From Burkholderiales bacterium (GTDB lineage Bacteria > Pseudomonadota > Gammaproteobacteria > Burkholderiales > SG8-39): DNA of 64,000 bases. This document shows positions 27,576-37,998 of this stretch, piece after piece. The DNA is taken from assembly GCA_035499575.1 (NCBI GenBank), contig DATJYN010000018.1, positions 9,191-73,190 of the forward strand, given 5' to 3'. A model generated the notes under the pieces. The model ran no database searches, was not told the DNA's origin, and saw only the letters and a program-made list of their open reading frames with translations. The translations under genes and the position numbers were made by a program. Every line of letters begins with the position of its first letter. The stretch's first letter is position 1.

Positions 27576-28670
27576 CTAGACGTTGAAGCGGAAGTGCATG
27601 ACGTCGCCGTCGCGCACGATGTATTCCTTGCCTTCGACGCGCAGCTTGCCTGCCTCCTTTGCGCCATTCTCGCCCTTGTTGGCGACGAAATCTTCGTAAG
27701 ACGTGACTTCCGCGCGAATGAAGCCGCGCTCGAAATCGGTATGGATCACGCCGGCGGCCTGCGGCGCGGTGGCGCCCACCGGCACGGTCCAGGCGCGCAC
27801 CTCCTTCGGTCCCGCCGTGAAATAGGTCTGCAAGCCTAGCAGCTGGTAGCCGGCGCGGATCACGCGCGCGAGGCCCGGTTCGTCCATTCCCATGTCGGCC
27901 AGGAACAGCTTCTTGTCCTCGTCGGACATATCAGCGATCTGCGACTCCATCGCGGCGCAAATCGCCACTACCGGAGCCCCCTCTTGCTTCGCGTGCGCTT
28001 CCACGGCAGCGAGCAGCGGGTTGTCCTTGAAGCCGTTCTCCGCGACGTTAGCGACGTACATGGTCGGCTTCATGGTGAGCAGGAAGAGCGGCTTCAGGAC
28101 CACGAGCTCCTCCTTCGACCAGGCCACGGAACGCACCGGCCGGCCCTGGTCGAGTGCGACGATCGCCTTCTCCAGCACGGCGACCAGCCGCTGTGCTTCC
28201 TTGTCGCCCCCGGTCTTGGCAACCTTCGCGTTTCGCGACAGCTGCTTCTCGGCCGCGGCGAGATCCGCCAGCGCGAGTTCGGTGTTGATCACTTCGATGT
28301 CGGAGAGCGGGTCGACCCTGTTCGCGACGTGGATGACGTTCGCGTCCTCGAAGCAGCGCACCACGTGCACGATGGCGTCGGTTTCTCGGATGTTGGCGAG
28401 GAACTGGTTGCCGAGGCCCTCGCCCTTGGACGCGCCGGCGACCAGCCCGGCGATGTCGACGAATTCAACCGCGGCCGGGATCAGTTTTTGCGGCTTTTCG
28501 ATGGCAGCGAGTCCCGCCAGGCGAGGATCCGGCACCTCAACGATGCCGACATTGGGCTCGATGGTGCAGAACGGGTAGTTCTCCGCCGCGATGCCGGATT
28601 TGGTCAGCGCATTGAACAGCGTGGACTTGCCCACGTTCGGCAGGCCCACGATCCCGCAGCGCAGGCTCAT
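27576..28670 (-). CDS. ychF: Redox-regulated ribosome-binding ATPase YchF
   Basis: 364 aa. [19 protein letters not shown]1 motif and a TGS-like C-terminus. Confidence 0.97.
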   Translation of the reverse strand: MSLRCGIVGLPNVGKSTLFNALTKSGIAAENYPFCTIEPNVGIVEVPDPRLAGLAAIEKPQKLIPAAVEFVDIAGLVAGASKGEGLGNQFLANIRETDAIVHVVRCFEDANVIHVANRVDPLSDIEVINTELALADLAAAEKQLSRNAKVAKTGGDKEAQRLVAVLEKAIVALDQGRPVRSVAWSKEELVVLKPLFLLTMKPTMYVANVAENGFKDNPLLAAVEAHAKQEGAPVVAICAAMESQIADMSDEDKKLFLADMGMDEPGLARVIRAGYQLLGLQTYFTAGPKEVRAWTVPVGATAPQAAGVIHTDFERGFIRAEVTSYEDFVANKGENGAKEAGKLRVEGKEYIVRDGDVMHFRFNV

Positions 28671-29407
28671 TTCTTGTTTTTCGAGAACAGCGACCCGAAT
28701 AGGCCCTTGGCCGCGGGCTTCTCGGGTGCGGCTTCAAGCCTGGGTTCGGGCTGCTTCGCTTCTGCCGTCTTCCCTTCAGTTTTCCTCGGCTCAGGCTTCT
28801 TCTCGGCCGATTTTTTCTCCGCGGCTTTTTCTTTCTCTACGCTGTGCAGCTTCAGCATCGCTCCCTGCATGTCACCCGACAGGCACAGCGGCAGCACCTC
28901 GATGGCGCGCGTGATGGCGTCGTCGATCGCCTCGCGGTCCGCGGCCGAAGGCTTCTGCAGCACGTAGTCGACGACCGCGTTGCGGTCGCCCGGATGACCG
29001 ATGCCCAGGCGCAGGCGCCAGTAGTCGTGCGAGCCGAGGCGGTGCGAGATGTCCCGCAGCCCGTTATGGCCGGCGATGCCGCCGCCCTGCTTCATCTTCG
29101 CCACCCCGGGCGCGAAGTCGAGCTCGTCGTGCACGACCAGGATTTCCGCGGGCGGGATCTTGAAAAACCCGGCCAGCAACTGCACCGCATGCCCGCTCGC
29201 ATTCATGAAGCTCTGCGGCAGCACCAGCCAGGCGCCATTGTCGGCAAGCCGCCCGACCAGCGCCTGGTACTTGCCGTCCTTGCGCAGTGTCACGCCCGAC
29301 TGCAGGGCGTAGCGCTCCGCCAGCCAGAAGCCGGCGTTGTGGCGCGTGCGTTCGTACTCCTTGCCCGGATTGCCCAGGCCAACAACGAGGCGTATGGCGC
29401 CGGGCAA
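28667..29407 (-). CDS. pth: Peptidyl-tRNA hydrolase with a Lys/Glu-rich C-terminal extension
   Basis: [21 protein letters not shown] and GHNGLRDI motifs. 246 aa against the usual ~190-200. 4-nt overlap with ychF. Confidence 0.93.
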   Translation of the reverse strand: MPGAIRLVVGLGNPGKEYERTRHNAGFWLAERYALQSGVTLRKDGKYQALVGRLADNGAWLVLPQSFMNASGHAVQLLAGFFKIPPAEILVVHDELDFAPGVAKMKQGGGIAGHNGLRDISHRLGSHDYWRLRLGIGHPGDRNAVVDYVLQKPSAADREAIDDAITRAIEVLPLCLSGDMQGAMLKLHSVEKEKAAEKKSAEKKPEPRKTEGKTAEAKQPEPRLEAAPEKPAAKGLFGSLFSKNKK

Positions 29408-29410
29408 GGC

Positions 29411-30178
29411 TTACTTCTTCTCTTTCTTCTCGGCCGCGTCTCCACCCGCTTTGCCGCCCTTGTCGCCAGGCTTGGCCGTCGCCTTGTCGCCGGGCTTGGC
29501 CGCCTTGTCGCCGCCAGCTGCCGCCGCATCCTTGTCGGGCGCGGCCTGCTCGGTCGTCGGCACTTCGCCCGCCGGCACGGCTTCTGCCGCGACTTCCTCT
29601 TCCTCGGTGATCAGCACCGGCTGGATGACGGTCGCCACCGCCGGGTTCTCGCCGCGGTGGAGCACCGCCTCGACGCCCTTCGGCAGTTTCAGGTCCTTGA
29701 CGTGGATCGAGTGGCCGATCGTGAGATGGCCCATGTCCACCTCGATGAACTCGGGCAGGTCGTCCGGCAGGCAGCTGATGTTGAGTTCGTTGACGATGTG
29801 GTTCGGCACGCCGCCCTGCTCCTTCACGCCGGGGGACTTGTCGGCATTGACGAAGTGCAGCGGCACCTTCATGTGGATCTTCTTGTCCTTGGCGACACGC
29901 TGGAAATCGATGTGCTGCACGTGCCCTTTCCAGGGGTGCATATTGAACGCGCGCAGCAGCACTTGCTCGGCGGAATCGTCGAGCTTGAGCGTGATGATCG
30001 ACGCGTGGAACTTCTCGTTCGACAGGTGCTGGTAGAGCTCCTTGTGGTTGAGCTCGATGTTCACCGCGTCCTTTTCGCCGCCGTAGACGATGCCCGGGAC
30101 GCTGCCCGAGCGGCGGAGACGGCGGCTCGCACCCGTCCCTTGCGCCTCGCGCTTGCGCGCATTGATTTCAATTTTCAT
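29411..30178 (-). CDS. rplY: 50S ribosomal protein L25 / general stress protein Ctc (long form)
   Basis: ORF 29411..30514 trimmed to ATG 30178: MKIEINARKREAQGTGASRRLRR. Acidic then Lys/Ala/Pro-rich tail. Confidence 0.93.
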   Translation of the reverse strand: MKIEINARKREAQGTGASRRLRRSGSVPGIVYGGEKDAVNIELNHKELYQHLSNEKFHASIITLKLDDSAEQVLLRAFNMHPWKGHVQHIDFQRVAKDKKIHMKVPLHFVNADKSPGVKEQGGVPNHIVNELNISCLPDDLPEFIEVDMGHLTIGHSIHVKDLKLPKGVEAVLHRGENPAVATVIQPVLITEEEEVAAEAVPAGEVPTTEQAAPDKDAAAAGGDKAAKPGDKATAKPGDKGGKAGGDAAEKKEKK

Positions 30179-30252
30179 CGTGGTACTCCCTTGGTAATTC
30201 GCCAGGTCCGCGACCAGACACAGGCGAGGTTGAAAAGCAGAGGTTGAAAAAA

Positions 30253-31224
30253 CTATTCTATGAACAGCGAACTCACCGAGTCCTCGGTGAATATCCTGAG
30301 TATGGTTTCCGCGAGCAGCCCCGCCACCGACAGGCTGCGGATCTTCTTGCAGGCGCGTGCATCGTCGCGCAGCGGGATGGTGTCGGTGACCACCAGTTCG
30401 TCCATCGCCGACTCGGCGATGCGCGCTACCGCGTTGCCCGACAGGACCGCATGCGTGCAGTAGGCGACCACCTTGACCGCGCCCTCGGCCTTGAGCACCT
30501 CGGCCGCCTTGCACAGCGTGCCGGCGGTGTCGACCATGTCGTCCATGATCACGCAGGTGCGGCCCTTGACCTCGCCGATCACGTTCATGACTTCCGACAC
30601 GTTGGCGCGCGGGCGCCGCTTGTCGATGATCGCCAGGTCGGACTCCAGGCGCTTGGCGAGCGCGCGCGCGCGCACCACGCCACCGACGTCGGGCGAGACC
30701 ACGATCAGGTTTTCATAGCGCTGCTTCCAGACATCGCCCAGCAGCACCGGCGCGGCGTAGATGTTGTCGACCGGCACGTCGAAGAAGCCCTGGATCTGGT
30801 CCGCATGCAGGTCCATGGTGAGCACGCGCGATACGCCGACCGAGGTCAGCATGTTGGCGACCACCTTGGCGCTGATGCCGACGCGCGCCGAGCGCGGGCG
30901 GCGGTCCTGGCGCGCGTAGCCGAAATAGGGCATCGCGGCGGAAACGCGGGCGGCGGAGGAACGCTTGAGCGCGTCCACCATCACCATCAGCTCCATCAGG
31001 TTGTCGTTGGTCGGCTGGCAGGTCGACTGCAGCACGAACACGTCCTTGCCGCGCACATTCTCCATGATCTCGACCATCACTTCGCCGTCCGAGAACTTGC
31101 CGACCACCGCGCGCCCGAGCGACATGTTCAGGTGCTTGGCGACGTCCTGCGCGAGGCGCGGGTTCGCGTTGCCGGCGAACACCATCAGTCGGTCCATCGC
31201 CGCGTGCGGGGTAAGGGGGTTCAT
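30253..31224 (-). CDS. prs: Ribose-phosphate pyrophosphokinase
   Basis: PRPP synthetase motifs [10 protein letters not shown] and [11 protein letters not shown], plus the PRPP loop [12 protein letters not shown]. An alternative start at 31197 (MDRLMVFAG) is possible. Confidence 0.95.
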   Translation of the reverse strand: MNPLTPHAAMDRLMVFAGNANPRLAQDVAKHLNMSLGRAVVGKFSDGEVMVEIMENVRGKDVFVLQSTCQPTNDNLMELMVMVDALKRSSAARVSAAMPYFGYARQDRRPRSARVGISAKVVANMLTSVGVSRVLTMDLHADQIQGFFDVPVDNIYAAPVLLGDVWKQRYENLIVVSPDVGGVVRARALAKRLESDLAIIDKRRPRANVSEVMNVIGEVKGRTCVIMDDMVDTAGTLCKAAEVLKAEGAVKVVAYCTHAVLSGNAVARIAESAMDELVVTDTIPLRDDARACKKIRSLSVAGLLAETILRIFTEDSVSSLFIE

Positions 31225-31234
31225 GTGAGCAGGA

Positions 31235-31312
31235 TGGCTGGGGCGCTAGGATTCGAACCTAGGAATGCCGGAATCAAAATCCGGTGCCTTAGACCAGCTT
31301 GGCGACGCCCCA
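31235..31312 (-). tRNA. tRNA-Gln (anticodon UUG), CCA encoded
   Basis: Minus strand TGGGGCGTCGCCAAGCTGGTCTAAGGCACCGGATTTTGATTCCGGCATTCCTAGGTTCGAATCCTAGCGCCCCAGCCA. 7-bp acceptor stem, anticodon loop TTTTGAT and T-loop GGTTCGAATCC. Confidence 0.93.
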
Positions 31313-31324
31313 TCCGAAAGCAAT

Positions 31325-32194
31325 TCATTGAAAGTGAGCCCAGTCGTGCAGCGGGTGGTGCTCCAGACCCCGCGCGACGAAGCCCCGCATGGCCGCCGGC
31401 AGTTCCTTGTACAGGGCGTCCGCATCCTCTCGGCGCGCAAACTCGGCGAACACGCAGCTCCCGGATCCCGTCATGCGCGGAACGAACGAGCCCCGCGAGA
31501 CGTGTTGCTTCAGCCACGCGAGATGTTCCGCGATTTCGGGATATCGGCGCAGCGCGCTGGCCTCGAGATCATTGCGGCCCTGTCCCGACAAAAAGGGCGG
31601 TATTTTGAGCGGTTTCGTATCCCGTGTCAACGCAGCATCCGAGAAGATTTCCTTCGTGGAAACCGGGACTTGTGGTGTCAAAACCAGGTACCAGGCAGGG
31701 CCCAAATCGAGCGCTTCCAGGCGCTCGCCGACGCCCTCGCCAAGCGCGCCGCGGCCGAACAGGAAGACCGGTACGTCGGCGCCCAAGCGCAGGCCGAGTT
31801 CCATGAGTTCTTCCGGCGTGAGATGCAGGCGCCAAAGCCGGTTCAGTACCCACAGCACCGTCGCCGCGTCCGAGGAGCCGCCGCCGAGGCCGCCGCCAAC
31901 CGGCAGCGTTTTCTCAAGCGCCAGGTCGGCGCCCTGCCGCGCACCGGTCGCGGTTTTCAGCAGGCGCGCGGCGCGCACGCAGAGGTTTGCCTCGCCAAAC
32001 TCGCCGGCAAAGCGGATCTCGCCATCCGCGCGCGCGCGGATGCCGACGCGGTCGCTGCGGTCGATCAGCCGGAACACCGTCTGCAGTTCGTGCATTCCCG
32101 CATTGGGTCCATCCAGGCGGCGTCCCAGCACATGCAGGAAGAGGTTCAGCTTGCCCGGCGCGGGATACCACGCCAGGGACGGATCTATTTCCAT
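31325..32194 (-). CDS. ispE: 4-(cytidine 5'-diphospho)-2-C-methyl-D-erythritol kinase
   Basis: 289 aa GHMP kinase. PAPGKLNLFLHV and the ATP loop LPVGGGLGGGSSDAA. Confidence 0.95.
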   Translation of the reverse strand: MEIDPSLAWYPAPGKLNLFLHVLGRRLDGPNAGMHELQTVFRLIDRSDRVGIRARADGEIRFAGEFGEANLCVRAARLLKTATGARQGADLALEKTLPVGGGLGGGSSDAATVLWVLNRLWRLHLTPEELMELGLRLGADVPVFLFGRGALGEGVGERLEALDLGPAWYLVLTPQVPVSTKEIFSDAALTRDTKPLKIPPFLSGQGRNDLEASALRRYPEIAEHLAWLKQHVSRGSFVPRMTGSGSCVFAEFARREDADALYKELPAAMRGFVARGLEHHPLHDWAHFQ

Positions 32195-32718
32195 TCCGAC
32201 ACAGCGAGCCGCAGTTCCAGCCCCGGGTAGGTCAGCTTTAGGCGGGCCGGCAACGCGCCCTGGTAGGCCTGGTACTCGATCGTCCAGCCCGACTGCTCCA
32301 ATTCCGCCAGGCGGCCCGCGGCGTCCGTGCGCTTGCGGGTGGGCGGCGGCAGCGGCGCCGCGCGGCCGCGCACCCAGTCGGCCAGGCCAAGCAGCGGCAG
32401 GCGGAAGCCAAGTATCTGCTCGGTAAGCGATTCGGCGTCGGCGGCTCGGAATTCGCGCCCGTCCTGCGTCGCCAGCGTGAACTCGTCGCCCGCGCGCGTG
32501 AGGCGTGCAATCCCCTGGCCGAAGGGCGTGGTCAACAGCATTTCGTCACTGCGCTCGCCGTGGCGCCAGGCGACGTTGCCGCTGCCGGCGTCGTCGCGAT
32601 AGCGCACCGCGATGCGGCCGGAGAGTTCGAACTCGGCATTGGCCGCCGGCATGAGGAATCCCGGCGTGCTGCATGCCGCGAGCAACAGCATCGCGGCGGC
32701 GGCGAAAAGACCTCTCAC
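32185..32718 (-). CDS. lolB: Outer-membrane lipoprotein LolB
   Basis: Lipobox LLLAAC, 177 aa, in the conserved lolB-ispE position. 10-nt overlap with ispE. Confidence 0.85.
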   Translation of the reverse strand: MRGLFAAAAMLLLAACSTPGFLMPAANAEFELSGRIAVRYRDDAGSGNVAWRHGERSDEMLLTTPFGQGIARLTRAGDEFTLATQDGREFRAADAESLTEQILGFRLPLLGLADWVRGRAAPLPPPTRKRTDAAGRLAELEQSGWTIEYQAYQGALPARLKLTYPGLELRLAVSEWK

Positions 32719-32721
32719 TGA

Positions 32722-34485
32722 CTAGGGAACGAAACGCTTGAGCGTTTTCTGCAGCGTATCGTTGTCGGGGCTCGTCTTGAGCGCTTCCTGCCAGACGCGC
32801 TGCGCCTCGCCGCGCTCGCCGAGCTCCCACAGCACCTCGCCCAGGTGCGCGCCGATCTCGCCGTCCTGGCGGCCCTGCCAGGCGCGCCGCAGCTGGGCGG
32901 CGGCGCCCTTCAGGTCCCCCATGCGGTACAGTACCCAGCCCATCGAGTCGACGATGAAAAAATCGTCCGGCGAAAGCTGGAGCGCCTTTTCGATGAGTTT
33001 TTTCGCCTCCGGCAGGCGCACGTTGCGGTCCGCGAAAGAGTAGCCGAGCGCGTTGTAGGCGTGCGCATGGTCGGGCCGCAGCTGGATCAGCCGCATCAGC
33101 CTCTCCTCGAGCACGTCGAAGCGGTCGATCTTCTCCGCCGTGAGGGCCTGGTCATACAGCAGGTCGGGCTGGTCGGGGGTCTTGTCGAGCGCGTGGCCGA
33201 GCAGGTCGAAGGCTTCCTGGTTCATGTTGGCGTCGCGCAGCAGCTGCGATTCGGCGACCAGCAGCTGCACGCGCTGCGGTTCGCCCTGCGTGCTGGTATT
33301 GCGCAGGTACGCGCGCGCCTCGTCGAGCCTGCCCAGTTTGGCGATCGCGTTGGCGGTGCGCATGCGCGCCGGCAGCACATACTCGCCGCGCTGGATCGTC
33401 TTGTACCACTCGATCGCGCGCTGCCAGTTCCTCTGCTCCTCTGCAATCTGGCCGAGCGTGTAGCGCACCGCATTGGCGTCGCGGTAGTTCAGCTCCAGCA
33501 GCCGATTCATGTTCGCTTCGGCGATCCCGTATTCCTTCACCTGCACGGCGAGCAGGCCGACCGCGTAGATGGCGTCGACGTCGTTGGGGAAGCGCTTGAG
33601 GATGTTCTCAAATTCGCCGCGCGCTTCCGCATTGCGCCTGTCGAGCACCAGCAGGCGCGCGTAATTCAGCCGCACATCGCGCGAATCCGGATACTTCTCG
33701 AGGAAACCTGCCAGCCGCTTGGCCGCCTGCTCGGGCGAGTTCCGCTGCAGCAGCTGCGCTTCGAACACCGCCGCGATCTCCCAGTCCGGCCGCAGCTCCG
33801 AGGCGCGCTGCAATTCGGCCAGCGCCAGCTTGTCGTCGTTGGCGGCGCTCGCCGCCTGCGCCACCGCGAAATGCGCCTGCGGCAGCGACGGATAAGCTTC
33901 GGCGAGCTTGCGCACCACGCGCAGGTTGGCCGCCGGATCCCCGCTGCCGCCGAGCAGCCGCCCGATCTGCATCAAAATGTTCGGCGCGGCATTGGCGTCC
34001 GCGGCGAGCAGTTTCGCGATGTAGGGTTCGGTCTGCTCGACCCGCTTGGAGGCCACCAGCAGCACGACCACGGTTTGCAGCGCCTGCAGCGAACCCGGAT
34101 CGGCTTCCAGCCAGATGCGCGCTGCCTCCAGCGCGAGCTCGGGCATGCGCGCGAAATTGGCGATCTGGACTGCGCGCTGCGCAACGCGCGGATCGCGCGT
34201 GCGCTTGGCCAGGTCGACGTAGGTCTGCGCAGCAAACGCCGGACTGCCGCGCTGCGCGGCGATCTCGCCGAGCAGGAAGTCGTACAGCATCGGTGCCGTC
34301 AATTCCTGCAGCGGCAACTTGGCGGGCGGCTTCTGCTCCGGTGCCGTCGCTAGCGCGGGCGCGTCGTCATCGTCGTCGTCGTCCTGGTCCTGCTGCATTT
34401 GTTGCGCATGGGCGACGCCGAGCAGGGTTGCTGCGGCAAAGAGCAAGGCGGCAAGGGCCGCCCGCAAGCGGAATGAGGGGGGCAT
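32722..34485 (-). CDS. Periplasmic tetratricopeptide (TPR) repeat protein
   Basis: ORF 32722..34551 trimmed to ATG 34485 (signal peptide, then an Asp run DQDDDDDDD). Multiple TPR-like units across 587 aa. Confidence 0.85.
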   Translation of the reverse strand: MPPSFRLRAALAALLFAAATLLGVAHAQQMQQDQDDDDDDDAPALATAPEQKPPAKLPLQELTAPMLYDFLLGEIAAQRGSPAFAAQTYVDLAKRTRDPRVAQRAVQIANFARMPELALEAARIWLEADPGSLQALQTVVVLLVASKRVEQTEPYIAKLLAADANAAPNILMQIGRLLGGSGDPAANLRVVRKLAEAYPSLPQAHFAVAQAASAANDDKLALAELQRASELRPDWEIAAVFEAQLLQRNSPEQAAKRLAGFLEKYPDSRDVRLNYARLLVLDRRNAEARGEFENILKRFPNDVDAIYAVGLLAVQVKEYGIAEANMNRLLELNYRDANAVRYTLGQIAEEQRNWQRAIEWYKTIQRGEYVLPARMRTANAIAKLGRLDEARAYLRNTSTQGEPQRVQLLVAESQLLRDANMNQEAFDLLGHALDKTPDQPDLLYDQALTAEKIDRFDVLEERLMRLIQLRPDHAHAYNALGYSFADRNVRLPEAKKLIEKALQLSPDDFFIVDSMGWVLYRMGDLKGAAAQLRRAWQGRQDGEIGAHLGEVLWELGERGEAQRVWQEALKTSPDNDTLQKTLKRFVP

Positions 34486-34559
34486 GGCGCAGGCAGTGTA
34501 GGTATATTCGGTGCGACGCACAAGACGACCTGCAAGCAAACTGCAAGGCAACCGGCGCG

Positions 34560-35369
34560 ATGCCCGAACTCCCGGAAGTCGAAGTAACCCGCAAAGGCAT
34601 TGAGCCCAGTGTGGTCGGACGCACGCTGGCTGCAGTGACGGTGCGCGAACCGCGTTTGCGCTGGCGCGTGCCGGCGGCGGTGCGCTCGCTTGCGGGCCGC
34701 CGGGTGCACTCGGTCAAGCGGCGCGGCAAGTACCTGCTCCTCGATTGCGGCGACGGCCATTTGATCCTGCACCTGGGCATGTCGGGCAGCCTGCGCTTGG
34801 TCGATGCAGCCAGCGCGCCCGGCAAGCACGACCACGTAGACTTTTCCTTCGGCAGGCAGGTCTTGCGCCTGCGCGACCCGCGGCGCTTCGGCGCGGTGCT
34901 CTGGACCGACCGGCCGCCCGAAGAGCATCCCTTGATCCGCCATCTAGGGGTCGAACCGCTTTCGCGGGCGCTCGACGGCAAGCGCCTGCACGCCCTCACG
35001 CGCGCGTGCCGCGTGCAGATCAAGCCTTTCCTGATGGATGGCCGGCGCATCGTCGGCGTCGGCAACATCTACGCCTCCGAAAGCCTGTTCCTCGCCGGCA
35101 TCGCGCCGCACCGGCGCGCGGGCAGCTTGTCGCTGGCAAACTGCGAGCGCCTTTCCGCGGCCATCAAGCGGACCCTGCGCATGGCGATCCGCGCGGGCGG
35201 TTCTTCGCTGCGCGATTTCGTCGGCAGCGACGGCGCGCAGGGCTACTTCCAGAGGCGCGCCTGGGTCTACGACCGGGAAGGTCAGGAATGCAGGCGATGC
35301 GGCGGCGCGATCCGCCACTTCGTGCAGGGGCAGCGGGCGACCTACCACTGCCCGGCCTGCCAGCGCTAG
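34560..35369 (+). CDS. mutM: Formamidopyrimidine-DNA glycosylase
   Basis: ORF 34293..35369 trimmed to ATG 34560: the catalytic N-terminus MPELPEVE. C-terminal zinc finger [25 protein letters not shown]. Confidence 0.96.
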   Translation: MPELPEVEVTRKGIEPSVVGRTLAAVTVREPRLRWRVPAAVRSLAGRRVHSVKRRGKYLLLDCGDGHLILHLGMSGSLRLVDAASAPGKHDHVDFSFGRQVLRLRDPRRFGAVLWTDRPPEEHPLIRHLGVEPLSRALDGKRLHALTRACRVQIKPFLMDGRRIVGVGNIYASESLFLAGIAPHRRAGSLSLANCERLSAAIKRTLRMAIRAGGSSLRDFVGSDGAQGYFQRRAWVYDREGQECRRCGGAIRHFVQGQRATYHCPACQR

Positions 35370-35854
35370 CCGCCGAGGGATTTCACCTTCGCCGCGAGCT
35401 TGGCGCGCACCAGGGGATGCACGAACTTGGAGACGTCGCCGCCGAGCGTCGCGATCTCGCGCACCAGCGTCGCCGAGATGAACATGTGCTGCTCGCCGGG
35501 GGTGAGGAAGATCGTTTCCATGTCCGGGTACAGGTGGCGGTTCATGCCGGCCAGCTGGAATTCGTATTCGAAGTCGGACACCGCGCGCAGGCCGCGCAGC
35601 ACCACGCGCGCGTCCTGCTGGCGCACGAAGTCGCTCAGCAGCCCGGTGAAACCGACGACGGTCAGGTTCTTCACGTCGGCGAGCACTTCCTTCGCCATGC
35701 CGATGCGCTCCTCGAGCGTAAAGAAGGTACGCTTGGCGCGGCTGTCGGCGATGCCGAGCACCAGCGAGCCGAACAGCAGGCTCGCGCGCCGCACCAGGTC
35801 CTCGTGGCCGCGCGTCAGCGGATCAAACGTTCCCGGGTATACCGCTTTGATCAT
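35366..35854 (-). CDS. coaD: Phosphopantetheine adenylyltransferase
   Basis: 162 aa. [17 protein letters not shown] (the T/HxGH motif). Confidence 0.96.
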   Translation of the reverse strand: MIKAVYPGTFDPLTRGHEDLVRRASLLFGSLVLGIADSRAKRTFFTLEERIGMAKEVLADVKNLTVVGFTGLLSDFVRQQDARVVLRGLRAVSDFEYEFQLAGMNRHLYPDMETIFLTPGEQHMFISATLVREIATLGGDVSKFVHPLVRAKLAAKVKSLGG

Positions 35855-36428
35855 GTCCGTCCCATCGCAGTAGTTGGTAGCTCACCTGCCCCGCGCGCGC
35901 GCGCTTCAGTTCCGTCCACCGCTGCGGCACTGCCACCGGCGCATCGGCTTCGACATAGACGCGCGCCTGCGGCTGCAACCGCGACGGCAGTTTCTCGAGT
36001 ACCGGCGCCACGGCATTCTGCCTGAACGGCGGGTCGAGGAAAACCACGTCGAAACGCGCTTTCTCCCTGGCAAGATACAGGTCCGCGTCGCCGCCGATGA
36101 TCACCACCTGCGCGGCGCCGAGCGCGCTGCGGCTGCGCTCGAGCTCGGCGAGCGCGACGCGGTCCTTTTCCACCATCACCACGGGCGCCGCGCCGCGCGA
36201 TGCGGCCTCGAAGCCGAGCGCGCCGCTGCCCGCGTACAGGTCCAGGCAGGCGAGCCCGCCGAGATCCTGGCCGAGCCAGTTGAACAGCGTCTCGCGGACG
36301 CGGTCGGGGGTGGGCCGCAGTCCCGGACGGGCGACCACGCGCAGCCGGCGGCTCCTGTACCTGCCGCCGATCACGCGCAGCGTGCCGCTGGTACCGCTGG
36401 CGCCGCGATTGCCTTTGCTAGAATTCAC
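35823..36428 (-). CDS. rsmD: 16S rRNA (guanine966-N2)-methyltransferase
   Basis: [31 protein letters not shown] and the DPPF motif. 32-nt overlap with coaD. Confidence 0.9.
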   Translation of the reverse strand: MNSSKGNRGASGTSGTLRVIGGRYRSRRLRVVARPGLRPTPDRVRETLFNWLGQDLGGLACLDLYAGSGALGFEAASRGAAPVVMVEKDRVALAELERSRSALGAAQVVIIGGDADLYLAREKARFDVVFLDPPFRQNAVAPVLEKLPSRLQPQARVYVEADAPVAVPQRWTELKRARAGQVSYQLLRWDGHDQSGIPGNV

Positions 36429-36434
36429 GCATCC

Positions 36435-37352
36435 ATGTTAGCAGCGGCTTCCTGGGCGGCGCGCCTCAAGGCGGGACTCGCGCGCACACGCGAAGTGCTC
36501 AACACCGATCTCGGCACGCTGCTCGCCCCGCGCAGGATCGACGAGTCGCTTTTCGAGGAACTCGAGGCCGCCCTGCTGTCGGCCGATTGCGGCGTCGAGG
36601 CGACGCGCGCCCTGGTGGACGATGTCCGCGGCAAGGTCAAAAAGCAGCGCATCGAGGACGGCGTCGCGCTGAAAGCCGCGCTCAAGGCTTCGATCCTGGA
36701 ACGCCTGGCGCCGCTCGAACGCAAGCTCGATTGCGCTGGGCGCAAGCCCTGCGTGATCGTGGTCGCCGGCGTGAACGGCGCCGGCAAGACCACCTCCATC
36801 GGCAAGCTCGCCAAGTGGCTGCAGGGCCGCGGCGCCAGCGTATTGCTCGCGGCCGGCGACACTTTTCGCGCGGCCGCGCGCGAGCAGCTCGCCGCCTGGG
36901 GCGAGCGCAACGGCGTGCCGGTAATCGGCCAGCAGGGCGGCGACCCGGGCGCCGTGGTATTCGACGCCATCGGCGCCGCGCGCGCGCGCGGCGCGGACGT
37001 GCTGATCGCCGACACCGCGGGCCGTCTGCCCACGCAGTTGCACCTGATGGAGGAGATCAAGAAAGTGAAGCGTGTCATCGCCAAGGCGATGCCGGGCGCG
37101 CCGGACGAGACACTGCTGGTGCTCGATGCAGGCACCGGGCAGAACGCGATCGCGCAGGTGAAGGCATTCGACGAGGCGCTCGGGCTGACCGGCCTGGTAC
37201 TCACGAAGCTGGACGGCAGCGCCAAGGGAGGTGCGATCCTCGGCATCGCGCAGGCGAGGCCGATACCGATCCTGTTCGTCGGCGTCGGCGAAGGCATCGA
37301 CGATCTCAGGCCCTTCGTCGCGGCGGAATTCGTGGAGGCCCTGGTTGATTAG
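36435..37352 (+). CDS. ftsY: Signal recognition particle receptor FtsY (short form, no acidic A domain)
   Basis: ORF 35874..37352 trimmed to ATG 36435. NG domain with GVNGAGKTTSIGKLA, DTAGR and TKLDG. Confidence 0.93.
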   Translation: MLAAASWAARLKAGLARTREVLNTDLGTLLAPRRIDESLFEELEAALLSADCGVEATRALVDDVRGKVKKQRIEDGVALKAALKASILERLAPLERKLDCAGRKPCVIVVAGVNGAGKTTSIGKLAKWLQGRGASVLLAAGDTFRAAAREQLAAWGERNGVPVIGQQGGDPGAVVFDAIGAARARGADVLIADTAGRLPTQLHLMEEIKKVKRVIAKAMPGAPDETLLVLDAGTGQNAIAQVKAFDEALGLTGLVLTKLDGSAKGGAILGIAQARPIPILFVGVGEGIDDLRPFVAAEFVEALVD

Positions 37353-37998
37353 CTTCTCGGCCGTCGCCAAGCGCTATCCGGGCGGTCAGGAAGCGCTGAA
37401 AAGCGTCAGCTTCGCCATCGAGCAGGGCGAATTCGCGTTCATCACCGGCCACTCCGGCGCCGGCAAGTCGACGCTGCTGAAGCTGATCCCCGCGATCGAG
37501 CGGCCGAGCAGCGGCGCGGTCCTGGTCAACGGCCAGAACGTCGGCGCCCTGAAGCGCGCAGCGCTGCCCTACCTGCGCCGCAACCTGGGCCTCGTGTTCC
37601 AGGACCAGAAGCTGCTCTACGACCGCACGGTATTCGACAACGTGATGCTGCCGCTCGCCTTCGGCGAGCTCGGCGGGCGCGAAGCCGAGCGGCGGGTGCG
37701 TGCGGCGCTCGAAAAAGTGGGTCTGCTTGCGCGCGAGAAGGCAAACCCGGTGCAGCTCTCGGGCGGCGAGCAACAGCGGCTCGCCATCGCGCGCGCGGTG
37801 GTGAATCGGCCGGCGGTGCTGATCGCCGACGAGCCGACCGCCAATCTGGACGCCGCGTCCGCCGTCGAGATCCTGGAGATTTTCGCCGCCTTCAATCAGG
37901 TCGGCGTCACCGTGCTGATCTCGACGCATGACGAGGCGCTGATCGGGCGCTTTGCGAAGCGCGTCCTGCGCCTCGCCAAGGGCAGCATCGTCCAGTGA
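37345..37998 (+). CDS. ftsE: Cell division ATP-binding protein FtsE
   Basis: Walker A GHSGAGKST and signature LSGGEQQRLAIARA. The only plausible in-frame start is TTG 37345, which overlaps the ftsY stop. Confidence 0.92.
   Translation: MISFSAVAKRYPGGQEALKSVSFAIEQGEFAFITGHSGAGKSTLLKLIPAIERPSSGAVLVNGQNVGALKRAALPYLRRNLGLVFQDQKLLYDRTVFDNVMLPLAFGELGGREAERRVRAALEKVGLLAREKANPVQLSGGEQQRLAIARAVVNRPAVLIADEPTANLDAASAVEILEIFAAFNQVGVTVLISTHDEALIGRFAKRVLRLAKGSIVQ

Noticed and set aside
31235-31312. tRNA-Gln as a possible genomic-island integration site
   Set aside because: There is no integrase, no direct repeat of the tRNA 3' end and no compositional break nearby. The flanking ispE and prs genes form the conserved housekeeping neighbourhood.
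34364-34383. GTC/GTC trinucleotide run
   Set aside because: It encodes the poly-Asp stretch (DQDDDDDDD) after the signal peptide of the TPR protein. It is a coding low-complexity run with no array structure.
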